Assembly: GCA_951406725.2 (NCBI GenBank)
Contig: OX597826.1
Location: forward strand, 35,774,001-35,838,000
Direction of reading: 5' to 3'
Length of the DNA: 64,000 nt
DNA from: Octopus vulgaris
Taxonomy: Eukaryota
In this document: one piece after another, positions 24,829 through 39,101 of the stretch
How positions within the stretch are numbered: the first letter of the stretch is position 1
Layout of the letters: each line of letters begins with the position of its first letter
Translations under genes and position numbers: made by a program
Notes under the pieces: model-generated
What the model was told of the DNA's origin: nothing
Database searches by the model: none
Seen by the model: the letters and a program-made list of their open reading frames with translations, nothing else

Positions 24829-25537
24829 GTTTGTGTAAATCTATATATCTATCTATATATATATGTATATATATGTATATATATATATATATATATATGT
24901 ATATGTATATGTATATGTATATATATATAAGTATATGTCTATATATTTATATATGTGTGCATTTACATAGAAACTTATTTGCTTACATATATATAGTAAC
25001 GTTCATATCTATATTCAAAAATATTGCTATACACACACACATTTACATGTGCAAGTTGGTGTGGGTGTGTGTGTATATATATATATACATGCACAAATAT
25101 ATATGTACATTAGTAAATATAACAACATATATATTTCCATATACATATGAGCAAGCAGAAACTTAGGAGTGTGTATACATTTTTATATTTCAATACGTTA
25201 ATGTAATTATTTTGTCTTTTATATTTTCTTCGTAATGACTTAACTTTCATTTAAGTGTTATGGCTTTAAAATATAATCACTTATCGCCTCACTTCCACTT
25301 GTTGTCTCATTTTTGCCTTTATATCCATAATGTTAAAATATACATACACACATAGAATCACACACAAACACACACTTACACACACACACATATATATATA
25401 TATAATTATATATATGTATATATATGTTTGTATGTACATCAGTATGTGTGTGTATCTATAAGTATATATAAATGTGTGTGTGTATGTTCTTATATACATA
25501 CACAAAATTATGCATGTATACACATTCTTATATTCAT

Positions 25538-25573
<36 letters not shown>

Positions 25574-25793
25574 AAGCATTCATGCTTACATACATACATA
25601 TAGACACATTCTACAAAAAGGTGACAGTAACATGTGGATTGTTCATGAAACAGAGAAGCATATATCAATGTGTATATATATAAATATATATGTATATAAA
25701 CATGTGTGTGTGTATAAACACATATTATGTATACATATATGTATATACACCCTCATATATCTATATATGTATATGTATATATCTATCTATCTG

Positions 25794-25868
<75 letters not shown>

Positions 25869-26237
25869 GTGTATGTACATGCAAAAATTATATATATATA
25901 TAGATATATACATACATACATACATGCGGTGGGTGGGTGTGTATTGTTATATATGTATAAAATAACCACCAGCAAAATAACACCATAGTCTTCACTTAGA
26001 AACAATAAATAAATAAAGAAATGAATAAATAAATGGACAACAAGAAAAGTATGTTGAAGTACACAACATGATATCACAAACAATATAATAAAGAAGAGCA
26101 AAACAAAAATATATTTTAATATGGACAGTGATAATGAAAGAGGAAATATGTGGTTTTTCCAAATGAAACCTACTTATAGTGAACTTGTAATAATGTGTCA
26201 TTTGGTTGTTTTCCAAGTTTTAATGTTAAATCATGCT

Positions 26238-26296
<59 letters not shown>

Positions 26297-27046
26297 TATA
26301 CATATATACATATATATATATACATATATATATCCACATACATACATATATACATACATATATACTTATATATATATATACATGCATATATGTATACATA
26401 CATACATACATACACATACATACACGTACATACACATACATATATATATATATATACATACATACACAAGCACACATATATATATACATATAGATAGATA
26501 GATTAATATGTACATATATATATATGTAAATAAATCATGTATATATGTATATTTGTATGTATATATATATATATATACATGCATGTGTGTATGTATGTAA
26601 TTGTATATCTATATTTATATGTACTTGTATATGTTTATATACATATATGCTTATATGCATATGTACGTATGTATATATGAATACATATGTATACATATTT
26701 TTGTGTGAATGTGTATATGTAAATATATGATATTTATATATATATATTTAAAAAATGCATATTTAGGATACATTACTATTCTTATTACTATCATTATTAA
26801 CATTATCATTGATAATATTGCTATTTTTATTTTCCTCTTGTTTTTACTATTAAATTCTTTCAACTCTTGATGATTCGACCACTTATGTCATAACTGATTA
26901 AACTATAAACATGTTTTAATAAAAAATTTTAAATTCCCTTCTTCTCGCTCTTCAAACTTCATTCTGTTTGATTTTCACTTCTTATCAATCTAATTTGTAC
27001 TCATTATAAAGCTCTTTTCATCTTTGTTTTCCATTCCATATATATT

Positions 27047-27149
<103 letters not shown>

Positions 27150-27377
27150 GCATATATATATATATATACACACATACACAAACACTCGCATGCATACAAA
27201 CAAATAGACACACACACACATACACACATATAAATATGAAGTATCAAAGGTAGTTTTGTGTCAATAAATCTTACATCTTCCAAAGAAACTTCAAGTATTA
27301 AGAAAGTATAATTGAAAATCACCTAAACTTTACATGCCATCCTATACGTATTCAAACAATGCATATATATATGTATG

Positions 27378-27423
<46 letters not shown>

Positions 27424-27599
27424 TGTATATATATATCTTGAATTTTTCAGAAAATAATAGCCCATTTAAAAAATAATCCTATATTCTTGAAGAACCCAAC
27501 TTATACAAAGAGATTTAATTATTCAAGATATGATCCTTAAACATCTATCCATTTCTACCATTAACAAAATCATTTATGCCTCTTTGATAAAAATTCATT

Positions 27600-28790
27600 T
27601 TTCTATGCACTCGATGATGGTCAGTCCAGCTCTCCGCTCCTGTTATAGCCCAATCACTAGAAACAATCTTTCATATCATGCTTTCTGATCAAACTATAAT
27701 GCGATGACAGTCCTTACAATTTGGATACATCCAATTGGTTTTCTAATTGTTGGAAACAATTAGATTATTCTCAGTACAAAACGTCAAAAGAGCTACTTCC
27801 TTCTTATTACATTTTCAAGTTCCATGTCAGCCTAAAACACTCCATGAAACTGAGTCATTTCTAACTCTTGCATTGACCAACTTGTCAGGAATTGCTACTT
27901 TCGTCAATGATTGTATTAGATTGTCATAAAACTGTCCTACAGTTTCATCAGAATGAGACATTGTTAGTGCATAAACACTGACAACGGTAAGAAACCTACC
28001 TTTTGTCAATTTTATATGGCATGACATGGTTCGTTCAGATATACCACTTGGAAATTCTGCAATGGAGGAGACTAATGAATTCTTGAGAACAAAACCAACA
28101 ACATATTCTGTAGGCTGACCTTCAGGTAGGCCTTTCCAGAAGGCAATATATCCATAAGTGGGTTCATTTATTTGACCCTCACCAGAGAAACGAGTTTCAG
28201 AGAACACAACTATATCAAGGGAATATTTAAGCTCACATGCATTAACTGCAGTATGTCTTTCTGGCCTCGAGTTGAAATTATCATCAAGAAGTGTGTGCAC
28301 ATTCTAATGGCCAAAATTCAGAGGATGTTTACTTTTTCTTCTTCTTGAAGTTTATTTGACCACCTTGGCAGGATGATGACGGGACCAGCCTGTGACACAC
28401 TGGGACACAAGCCGAGCTAGACCTGTTCTTCTGACATTCCCAAGCCTTTTTTTGCCATTTACTGAATCTGTTTGCGACATTACAGAGTAAGTTGCAAGTG
28501 CTTTTTTAGGTTTCTGCCAATGATTTTACTAAGGTTTGGTGTACAAGATGTACCTGTGCAGATGAATAATTTTCAGTGAGTGTAGCTTGCACCACACTAC
28601 CTCCACCTATTGGCTCAAGAAGACTTTTGCTGATGTGACATGAGAAGTAACAAAACCAGGAACTTCTAAGGCATCAGGTTTTATTTTGGAGATTTCCATC
28701 TAGGTAGATTACCAACCAAGGTTAAAGAGCTTCTACCTGCTCATGAGGTAGGCTAACCCATGCCAGACACCAAACACTCTATAGAGTGAT
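27600..28790 (-). mobile_element. RTE (BovB-like) 5' part: 5' UTR and AP-endonuclease domain, decayed
   Basis: RPERHTAV...LDIVVFSETRFSGEG...VGFVLKNSL...GISERTM...VVSVYALT...FYDNL...WTDHH. Confidence 0.9.
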
Positions 28791-28971
28791 TAAATATCAT
28801 TCCAGTGTCTAATGTGGAGCAGCTGATACATACATACATAAAAAAAATTTAAAGTAAAAGATATGTAATTCAAAACTATAAATAAAAATATTTAAATATA
28901 AATAGTATATAGATAATAAAAAAATCTGCACAGATTTTTATAATTTATATACTATTTATAAAGCCGGCTCA

Positions 28972-29375
28972 TAGGCAGAGGAGTGGCTGTGTAGTAGGTA
29001 GCTTGCTTACCAACAACATGGTTCCAGGTCCAGTCCCACTGCGTGGCAACTTGGGTAAGTGTCTTCTACTATACCCTTGGGTTGACCAAAGCCTTGTGAG
29101 TGGATTTGGTAGATAGAAACTTAAAGAAGGCCATTGTATATATAGATATATATATATGTGTGTGCATGTATATGTTTGTGTATCTGTTTGTCCCCCTACC
29201 ATCGCTTGACAACTGATCTTGGTGTGTTTACATCCCCGTAACTTAGCGGTTCGGCAAAAGAGACTGATAGAATAAGTTGTAGGCTTACAAAGAATAAGTT
29301 CTGGGCTTCAATTTTTTCGACTATAGGCGGTGCTCCAGCATGGCCACAGTCAAATGACTGAAACAAAAAATGAAT
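28972..29375 (+). mobile_element. tRNA-derived SINE, family A (near full length)
   Basis: GGAGTGGCTGTGTAGTAGGTAGC head, CORE-like segment, internal microsatellite, GCGGTGCTCCAGCATGGCCACAGTC tail. Confidence 0.9.
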
Positions 29376-29419
29376 ATACATATTTACACATTTGTTGGAT
29401 GACTGATGACTCATAAGTT

Positions 29420-30185
29420 CCTCCATCTAAGAATTTAGTGGTTTGGAGTCACACCTTTGGCACCAACAACATAACAACACAAAATTGGCTCTTTACAAAT
29501 CGTTTCTCTTACCATCCCTGTTGCATTCTTTTGGAACATGGATGTTTTACGAAAGACATTTCAAATTGTTACAACGATTCCACCAAAAATGCCTTCACTG
29601 CCTTTTAAACATTAAATGAGGCTTTTTTTACTCCAGACACAAATGTCTTTGATTCCACAGGCATGTCTTCCGTTAAATCAATGATTCTGAAAGACCAAAT
29701 GGGAGGGTCTGATCATATTGTTCGAATGGTGGATAAACACACATCCAGACAGCTGTTTCATGGTGATCTTGCAGAGGAGAAATGCAATCAATGTAAACCT
29801 AATAAGTTTACAGAGAGCATAAGGACTACCATGAAGTCACTTGGAATGGATCCACAGGCCAAAGAAACCCTTGCTTTGAACTGAGCTGGGTGGCAAACAA
29901 AAGTGTAGAGTGGAGTGAAAGCTTTTGAAGAGAGGCCAGGATAACACATGTAAGACTCAAGAGAGATTTAAAGAAGAATGTTATGATCGAGAAAATGACC
30001 CTTAGTGACAGACTATGCCTTTCTTTTGCTGGGATCAAATCTCTTTTGTGGACCCATTGAAAATGATCCCTACCATCTATTCTGCCTATATGTCTGTGCA
30101 CACGTTTCAGTGCAATGTATGCCACAAGGTCTGCAAATCTAACAGAGGCCTCAAAAGACATTTTAAGATCCACAAAGATCAGAAC
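29420..30185 (+). mobile_element. RTE (BovB-like) 3' part with terminal C2H2 finger, decayed
   Basis: HIVRMVDKHTSRQLFHGDL...; FQCNVCHKVCKSNRGLKRHFKIH. Confidence 0.8.
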
Positions 30186-30239
30186 TTAACTGCAGCTCTT
30201 TGTTGTCCAAATCAGATATGCAATCTATGTGGGAGTCTT

Positions 30240-30469
30240 TTCAGTACATTTGTTACCAACCTGGTTGAAACCGACTTTGGCTCTTTGGTATAAATGTCTT
30301 GTTTTCCTAACTTTTGAATTCAAATCTTCCACAAAATCTTAGTTAAAATGTACGTTCCTAACACTAGCTTAATGATAACGAAGTTAATTTACTAAATTCT
30401 TTGTTATATTTAAAATAATTGAAAGAAACACAGAGCATCTCAAAATAAATACAGTAATGAAAGGGTTAA
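30240..30469. mobile_element. piggyBac-type MITE
   Basis: Right end GTAATGAAAGGG|TTAA; decayed left end ...TTTGTTACC. Confidence 0.55.
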
Positions 30470-30528
30470 ATAATAGGTACTAAAAGAGAATGACTCTCGC
30501 CAAACACAACAATATATATATAAGTGTA

Positions 30529-30593
<65 letters not shown>

Positions 30594-30728
30594 TACACAT
30601 AAGAAATAATTAAGATTCAGTTGCACAAGGTAGTTAAGTTGATGCACCAAGCCAGTCTGGTATTATCTGCAAGGCTCAAATTAAAGTGAATAAAAAGCAA
30701 ATAAGTAACAAGGATGTCAAGGTATTAA

Positions 30729-30815
30729 TGCAATACAGCTGTTTCAGGTGGCTTCATTTAATCGAAAAGTGCAAGCATTACATCAATTTTAAATACAGCG
30801 CTATCTTCAGTTGTA
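30729..30815 (-). ncRNA. type-I hammerhead motif with large stem-II region
   Basis: TACAA-CTGAAGA-(about 58 nt)-GAAA-CAGCTG-TA-TTGCA: canonical core and palindromic stem III; stem II poorly paired. Confidence 0.6.
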
Positions 30816-32611
30816 AAATACAAATTTTCAACAGTCAGGATATTCAGTTATAATTTTTAGCAAATATTTCATCAGAGCTAGAGAAGGAAAGAATTCCATG
30901 TTGCTTCTAATGTAGCAGAACAAGATTACAGTGAAACAACTACAATTTTGTATATATGACTGTATATCATATATATATAGCATATCATTTATTTTGCATT
31001 TGTTATATCTTGTCAATGTAAGGCACTTACTCATTGCAGACAAGAATATACCAGAATGTCTTCATCTGTTGATCATTAATAAATTTTCTAACCAAATCCA
31101 TACTTAGTCTTCATGGATAAACTGATCAATGTTTATGGACATGATCTTTATCTGGACATAACTTTCCTAACATAATTTGTTTGTAACAGTAAAGTTTAGC
31201 AGGAGAAAGGAATATGGCAGCAGTTAGCTTTGGTGTTGACCTTGTCAGTATACAAACCTGAGATGACAAGTGGAAGCTGATATTTGAGACGTCAAGGAAA
31301 AGCTGCCTACCAAACCTAGCATTATAAATCACAGACTGCTTATAGAAAATAGGCCTAAGAATCTGGGTTGTAACAATAAACAGCATGTCATTGTGGGTAG
31401 CACATTTCTCTGCTACAAGCAACAGAACTGCACAGAAGCTTGGGGTGTCATGCAAATCTCCAGGATGGAAGAGACATTATTTGCATGCAACTCCAAAGTT
31501 TATTGGTGCACGTTTGTTTATCCTGGATGAGTGACTCATATTGCATATTGATGCACCTCATTGAACATTAGGGTCAATGATAGTACTGGTGCTATGGAAA
31601 AACTCAGCATCAACTCTTTATAAAACAGGAGACACTTGTTAAAATTGAGTGCAGTTATAGTACTATTGTATATACAGCTTGATTATGGTACTATAATAAC
31701 AGAATTCTACAAAACATATACAATCTATAATTCAAAGCCATGGAACCATTGCAGAATGGTAAATTGTGATGAAATGACAGAGCAGTTAGAAAATCAGGCA
31801 GAATGCTTGAAATAATTTTATTAATACTCTATGTTCTCAGTTCAAATCCTGATGAGGTAAACTGTACATTTCATCTTTTCAAGGTCATTAAAAGCTATGA
31901 ATCCAAGGTGATGGGTCAACAATGATGTCATACTCTCAGACCAGTGGCCAGCAGTATTTCTTTTGTCTCTTTGCTTTCTGAATTTAAATTCAACCATGGA
32001 CAGTTAGATGGTAGATGACATCTCCTCCTTTCTTCATCCCTTTTTCCTGCATTCAGTTCCAAAGTGCTCTACACCAGCATCACACACCAATTTCCATTCC
32101 TTCTAATTAACACCCATGGGCCCTGGCCGATTGGGAGGGACACCACATAAAATAAGAGACCACTTGAGATGATCATGTACACATATATCATCATCATTAT
32201 CATTTATCAATAGATAGATAGAGAGAGAGAGGGGGGATAGATAGATTGATAGACAGATAGATAGTTGATCGATCGATAGACAGATAGATAGATAGATACA
32301 TACATACATACATAGACAGATTGCTAAATTTATTACTTAACACCAACACATGGACACCTCATTCATTCAGTTTACTTTGGAGCGGTCTAGATTAAAGGGC
32401 ACTGAGAAAGCTGCACTGACCATGGTGCAAAGTTGCATATCCAAAAATGTGCAGTTGCTACTGTTGAAACACATGTGGAGTTGAGGAATATGCTGTAAAT
32501 AACTGTTAAATTGAATATATGGATGTGAAAAATCTCCAATCTCATTCTTATTATTAATAAATATCTATCTATCTATATATAAATATATATATATATATAT
32601 GCATGTATATG

Positions 32612-32650
<39 letters not shown>

Positions 32651-32813
32651 ATATGTATATATATCTATGTCTGTATGTCACACAGTTGACCAGACTCTCA
32701 AATGTTGTTGTGCATCACTGGTCGCATAGTTTTGGCTTTCAAACGATACCATCCCACTGGCATCTCTCTCCCTTCCCCCCTCTCTTTCTCTGAAATGCAC
32801 ACACATACACACA

Positions 32814-32867
<54 letters not shown>

Positions 32868-33841
32868 ACAGAAGAGAAATTGGCAGTGATCAGGCCTGGA
32901 AAAGAATGGGCTCAACCATGTTTAAAATGCCTCGACAACCAACAACTCCACCAGAAGTTAAAGGCCCCGGGAAGATAGAAACGTATATAATACAAAATCC
33001 CCACATTCATGCTCACACTCACCCTACTCACACACATACATACACTCATTTACTATTTTCATAACTTTGACTATTGAGTGGTAGCCATGCATGGACACTT
33101 CTATCAATACTTGTACAAGATTCACTCTTAGGTATATGAACACATTTAATGCTTCTTTATATGCGAGTGCATATGTGTATGTATCTATGCACATAATGTA
33201 ATATGTATAATATATATACATACATACATACATGCATATATGTATGTATGCATATATATATATATATATATATGCACACAAATACATATTTGCATGTAAT
33301 AGCAAATGTAGATTGATTGGTATAACTATATTGATTGCATATACATACATATATATATATTAATGTATATATATGAAAGTATAGTTGATATATATACATA
33401 TAGACATCAAATATATACTGAACTAACATATTTATTCATAGACATTTCGATAAATTTTTACATACATGCCAAACACACACACACATATGATATTGTAATC
33501 ATGTAAAGGTGCATTTGCATATGTATACATATAATAAGCATATATAGACAGCTATGTATACATACATATGTGTGAGTGTATGTGTGTGTATGCTTATATA
33601 AATGTATGTACGTATCATTGTTATTCATAACTATGTAATTGTCTTCTCTGCTGTATTGCAGATATCTCTATTAGAATTTTGTTAAAACTTTAATTTTAAA
33701 ATGATTATGTTAATTTCAATCAAACAAGAATTCACAAAAATTTCCTGCAGTGAATATGTAAATATAAATGAGATTAAAGCAGAAATAAGATAAGCACATA
33801 TCTATCTGTCTGTCTATCTATCTATCTGTCTATCTAATCTT

Positions 33842-33950
<109 letters not shown>

Positions 33951-34079
33951 CTTGATAGATATGAAGATACATACATCATATTCAGGAACACACGCACACA
34001 CACAAAAGCTCACGCATACACACAATTATATGGGCTCCTTTGCTTCTGTGGAAATGATTGCTTTTTCTGTATGTATACA

Positions 34080-34114
<35 letters not shown>

Positions 34115-36230
34115 GTAAGTGTACCTGACATGTGTGTGTGTGTGTGTTCAATGAAGTGTTGGGTTATTTCTTGTCTTCATTTGTAGCCATTTATCTATCA
34201 AGCTGCAGGCATTTTCCGCATTAGTAGACACCTATTTCTCATAATACTCACACACATACACTAATATACTCACACACAGGCATTTATAATCACACAAAGG
34301 AACAATATTCAAATATTTATAGGCAAACACACGCCCTGCCTACCATACACATATATATTTACTCACGCATATAGATACACGCAAACATTCATACATACAT
34401 ACACACAAATATAAACTTGACATATGAACATATATATATATAAATATATATGCACCAACACATACATACATTTGTGTGTGCGTGTCTGTGTGTGTGTGTA
34501 TTCATACATATACGCAGACACCCAGACCTACACACTGAGTTATATGTAAAACCAAAAATTCTTTTCAAAGAAGAAATCATTTCTTGCCATTTATATCCTA
34601 AAAATTATGCTTTTATGTTTAATTCATTCCATTTGAATCTACTTGTCTGATGCTGGTGTATTAGCTATTAATATTCATGATGAGTCGTAAAATTTAGCTG
34701 TTCGAGATGAAAAATGAATCAAATATTTATATTGTTTATCCTGCTTTCTTCCAGCTGAATCTCATATCAACGTAAAGTAAACTTTGCCGACATTTCTCTT
34801 GTATCATTTAGGAGTGAAATTAATGGTACATTTCCTTGTCTTTCATGCTTAATTGGACTTTGGCAAATATTTCATTGTCCTGTTGTGTCCTTGTTGAATT
34901 AGGTTTCACAGGGAGAATAGATAGATCTTAGTTGTTATGCTAAATTCATATCAATAATAATCATAATAATAATAATAATATCCCTATTGATATAGATTCT
35001 GGCTGAACAATAAAGAATATGTTTCAGCAGTGAATATTGAATGTGGTGTTACTATTGTTGAGTTTCAGTAACCTAAACCATGTCTTTGATATCCTTTTTA
35101 TATGTTATTTTTTAAAATTTTTATCTCTCTCCCTTAACTTTGTTTGTTTGATTTATATATTGCTCACCAATGTTAGACACTTTATGGTACAGATACAGTT
35201 TTAATTAATTAAGGGTATCATCATGTTCATCTCATTAAGCATGCTAACTCTTGCTTTTTTTTTTTTTTTTGTTTTCTTTGCAGATAGTATCTCTGTGTTA
35301 TTCGCTTTAGTCCTTTTGTAGCTTTGTCACACCAATATGTTTATGATATCCTGCTTACATTCTTTTCTCGCCACCAAGCTGACAGATAAGAGAATCCCCG
35401 TGCCTCACTAAAGAGGCCTAATACTGCCAAAACATCTCCAGAGTTGTCACCCCTGACTACATTACTCTGAACCTATTTTCCCTTATCGCTGCTTTGCCAA
35501 TTTCCCCAGATAATTAATTGAGACAGTCATTTAGTATGTCAACATAATTAACAAAAATATTAATTTGATTTGTCACTGTTGCCTATGTTTAATTGGTTTC
35601 TGCTTTATACAATGTTTACTCCTCCTAGAGATTAGTCTGGTGTTAATTAATTAATGATATTGCTCTCACCCACTTCCCTATCTTAGCACTTATGTCACAT
35701 TCAGTTTAAGTATTCTTATGATATCACATCTTTGTTGTGTGAAATACTGCCTGAAGGTGCAACACTTATTCTGTTATATGTTCTATATTCTAAGAACACT
35801 TAGAGAATTTACTGGAGATAATTGGGATGGTGCATTTAGTTAAAGATTCTTTGAAGAATTATGATAAAATTGTATTTAAGTATTGTATTATTGATCAGGA
35901 AGTAGAACAATGATACCAAAGATCCTTCACAGGGTCACCAGAACTGGTGGGTCTGGGGTTAGAGAGAAATTATCCTCAAACTGAACCCCTGGCCTGAATT
36001 TTTAAAGCACAATGAACTTCAATAAAGGTTCCCAAGGGCCAGATGCTGGTGTTAAACAAGCTGAGGGATGAAATATTTTGTAAAATGGTGAGGAAGCTGT
36101 TAATTTCATTTCTATTATTGTCTTTGAGTAACCTGCATCAGTTTCACTTGAGTAGATTTTGGTATCATTAATATTCTTGCCATGTCTATCTTGTGTTTGT
36201 AAGAATGGTAAGAGGTTCTATTTTTTAAAT

Positions 36231-37132
36231 CCATAGTTTTCAGCTGGGGCCCATATAACCCTTAGGGCTCCATTTAGGGTCCAAATGGCCATTGAAGTTC
36301 CATATAAGATTGTGTGGTTAAAATTTATTTGCAGTAAATTGATTATATTTCTACAACTCAAAATATTTTAACCAGGATGACAAGTGAGTGAGACCTTTGG
36401 AGAGATGCTATGCTTGAGAAGACCCAGCAAGCCAAGTGAGACCGTAACCATGGCCTATGCCAGTGTAGTATAACTGGCCCATTTAAGAGTACCCTTCAAT
36501 CATTGGGCAATAAACTGCGCTTGTGAAGACCTGTTGAGTCAAGTGAACTCATTGTTATGGTCAATGACAGTACTGCCTGATGTGCACCCATGCCAGTGGC
36601 ATGTAAAAAGCACCATTCAAGCATGGTCGATGCCAGTGTTGCTTGACTGATCCCATGCTGGTGGCACGTAAAAGCACCATTCGAGTGTGATCATTGCCAG
36701 TACCACTTGACTAGCTTCCGTGCTGGTGGCACGTAAAAAGCACCCTTCGAGTGTGGTTGATGTCAGTGCTGGCTGACTGATCCTGTGCTGGTGACCCGTA
36801 AAAAGCATCCACTACACTCTCGGAGTAGTTGGTGTTAGGAAGGGCATCCAGCTGTAGAAAATTTTCCAGATCAGATTGGAGCCTGGTAGAGCATTCTGGC
36901 TTGCCAGCCCGCTGTCAAACTGTCCAACCCATGCCAGCATGGAAAGCAGACATTAAACAATGGTGGTGGTGGCAGTGGCGGCAGCAGTTTTTTTTCCAAA
37001 TAATTCCCAATAATATTTAATCATAAAAGTTAATAGAAATTTTTAAACATTGAATTTCTCTAAGGGTTCACTGAATTAAAGTGGGAGCCAAAGGATGGGG
37101 GAAGCATAGGTGAAAAATGGTTGAGAAACACC
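36231..37132 (+). mobile_element. hAT-type MITE with an inserted RTE 3' UTR repeat (about 36375-36985)
   Basis: Decayed TIRs CCATAGTTTTCAGC / GTTGAGAAACACC; left part matches 45-145; the insert matches the RTE UTR and has about 4 tandem units. Confidence 0.7.
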
Positions 37133-37459
37133 TATTCTGGCTCATGAAACATGTTGTTCTGATATTTAGAAATATTTTTAAAAAGCATTTTACAGCAATC
37201 CTACAAAGGATTACTTCCTATCCTTTATCGTTGATCATTTGTTTGTTTCAGACTGTGGCCATGCTGGGGTACAACCTTGAATTGTTTTAGTCAAACAAAC
37301 TGACCTTAATACTTATGGGATTTTAAAGCCTGTTACTTATTCTATTAGTCTGTTTTGCCAAACTGCTAAGTTTCAAGGATGTGAACAAACCAACACTTGT
37401 TATCAATTGATAAGTAGCAAACACAGAACCAATGCCACACATACATAGGTATATATATA

Positions 37460-37788
37460 GGAGACCCCCATTCAGTCATGAATGACCATAGGATTGCACT
37501 TAAAAAGTTACCCACCAAGGCACAACTCCGGGGAAGGTTGTTTATGGAAGACCAGCAGTTGCTCATGCATACCAGCCTCCTCTCTCCACACCGCTGATGT
37601 TATCTAAGGGAAAGGCAAAGGCTTGGCACCTGTGGCGTCGCAACTCATTTCTACAGCTGAGTTAACTGGAGCAACATGAAATGAAGTGTCTTGCTCAAGA
37701 ACTCAACATGCAGCCTGGTCCAGGATTCAAACTCACAACCTCACGATTGTAACTTCAATGCTCTAACCACTGAGCCATGTGCCTTCAA
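37460..37788 (-). mobile_element. tRNA-derived SINE, family D, inserted in a family-A SINE
   Basis: Minus head TGAAGGCACATGGCTCAGTGGTTAGAGC...GAGTTTGAATCC, then CTTGAGCAAGACACTT. Family-A halves lie at about 37245-37450 and 37850-38010. Confidence 0.85.
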
Positions 37789-37803
37789 CAGGCAAAAAAA
37801 AAA

Positions 37804-37843
<40 letters not shown>

Positions 37844-38870
37844 CACACACGCAATAGGTTTTCACAGTTTCCATCTACCAAATTCACTCACAAGGCATTG
37901 AGTTAGCAGGGCCGCAGCAGAAGACCCTTACATAAGGTGCCATTCAGCAGGACTAAACTGAAAACCATGTGATTACAAAACAAGTTTCTTAAACACTCAA
38001 ACCTATCTGCAAATGCATCATTAGGAAATCCTGAATTATCTTTGACTGATGAAACTCAAGTAAATTGAAATGGCTCTGTGTACAAATATAGAAGGTTTTA
38101 TAGATTTATAGTTGAAATACATATTTTAAGAGCTGTGTGGTTGAAATGAGAAATTAAAACAGAAACAGAAAACTGAAATAAATGTATAAGGATTCTATGG
38201 TATATTTTAGCGTTTCAAACTCAAATTTGCTTTATTTGTGATAAAAACCAAATAATATTGACTTCTGTCTAGGTGATTTTCTCTTTTGCAATGGTAAGGA
38301 AAAACAAAAAGTTAATGAAACAACAGGTTGCTAAGAAGGTTAATTAATTAAAAATCTGTGTTGTACTTCCATGCCAAAAAGAATCTGATTGTAAGCATTT
38401 TTCCTATTTACATATCATGGTTTTTATTGATATATCAACATGATATCAACATTTGTAAACATGCTTCTTAATACTGTCTGTTACTTATTTATAATTCTTT
38501 ATATATGTGTTTTTGGAGAACATCTGTGTGTGTGTGTGTGTGGAGGATAATCTTATGTCGAAAGAAATAATTTGATTTCATTTAAATGACTGTAAATGAC
38601 AGCCTTCATCTATATTACATATTTCGTCTCTCCAATAAATCATGGTTACTTTTTATTTTACTAACTGTTAATTACTCAATTGATAATAATTTCATTAAAG
38701 CCATGCCCTTAATTCTCAACCCATGAGTGAACATCAGTTAAACAAGCTTTATCAGATAATAAACCCCAAAATTCATAAATCAAGCTTTATGAACCACTTA
38801 GTATGAATTTACTTTGACTTGTATTCTGCAACATGACAGGAAATAAAACTCATTGGGGAGCATAAAAACT

Positions 38871-39101
38871 GTGGGATGGACCACTTGTGGAATGGACCAC
38901 TATGGGATGGGCCACCTGTGGGATTGAACACCTGCAGGATTGACCATCTACAGGATGAACCACCTGTGGGATGGACTGCCTGCAGGATAGACCACCTATG
39001 GGATGAACTACCCGTGTGATAGACCACCAACTGAATGGACCTCCTGTAGGATGGACCACCTGCAGAATGGTCCACCTGCAGGATGGACCACCTGTGAGAT
39101 A
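38871..39101. repeat. 16-bp minisatellite, consensus GGATGGACCACCTGTG, about 14 diverged copies
   Basis: Directly visible tandem units. Confidence 0.9.

Noticed and set aside
31100-31640. Complex sequence with a 109-aa minus-strand ORF; likewise ORF 189-416
   Set aside because: No recognisable motif or convincing splice borders; left unassigned.
35400-35455. CTAAAGA-GGC...GCC-AAAACATCTC hammerhead-like relic
   Set aside because: It needs three or more corrections and stem I does not pair; too decayed to support.
38040-38085. CTGATGA...GAAA motifs here and CTGATGA near 51335 and 51956
   Set aside because: No stem I or stem III complementarity.
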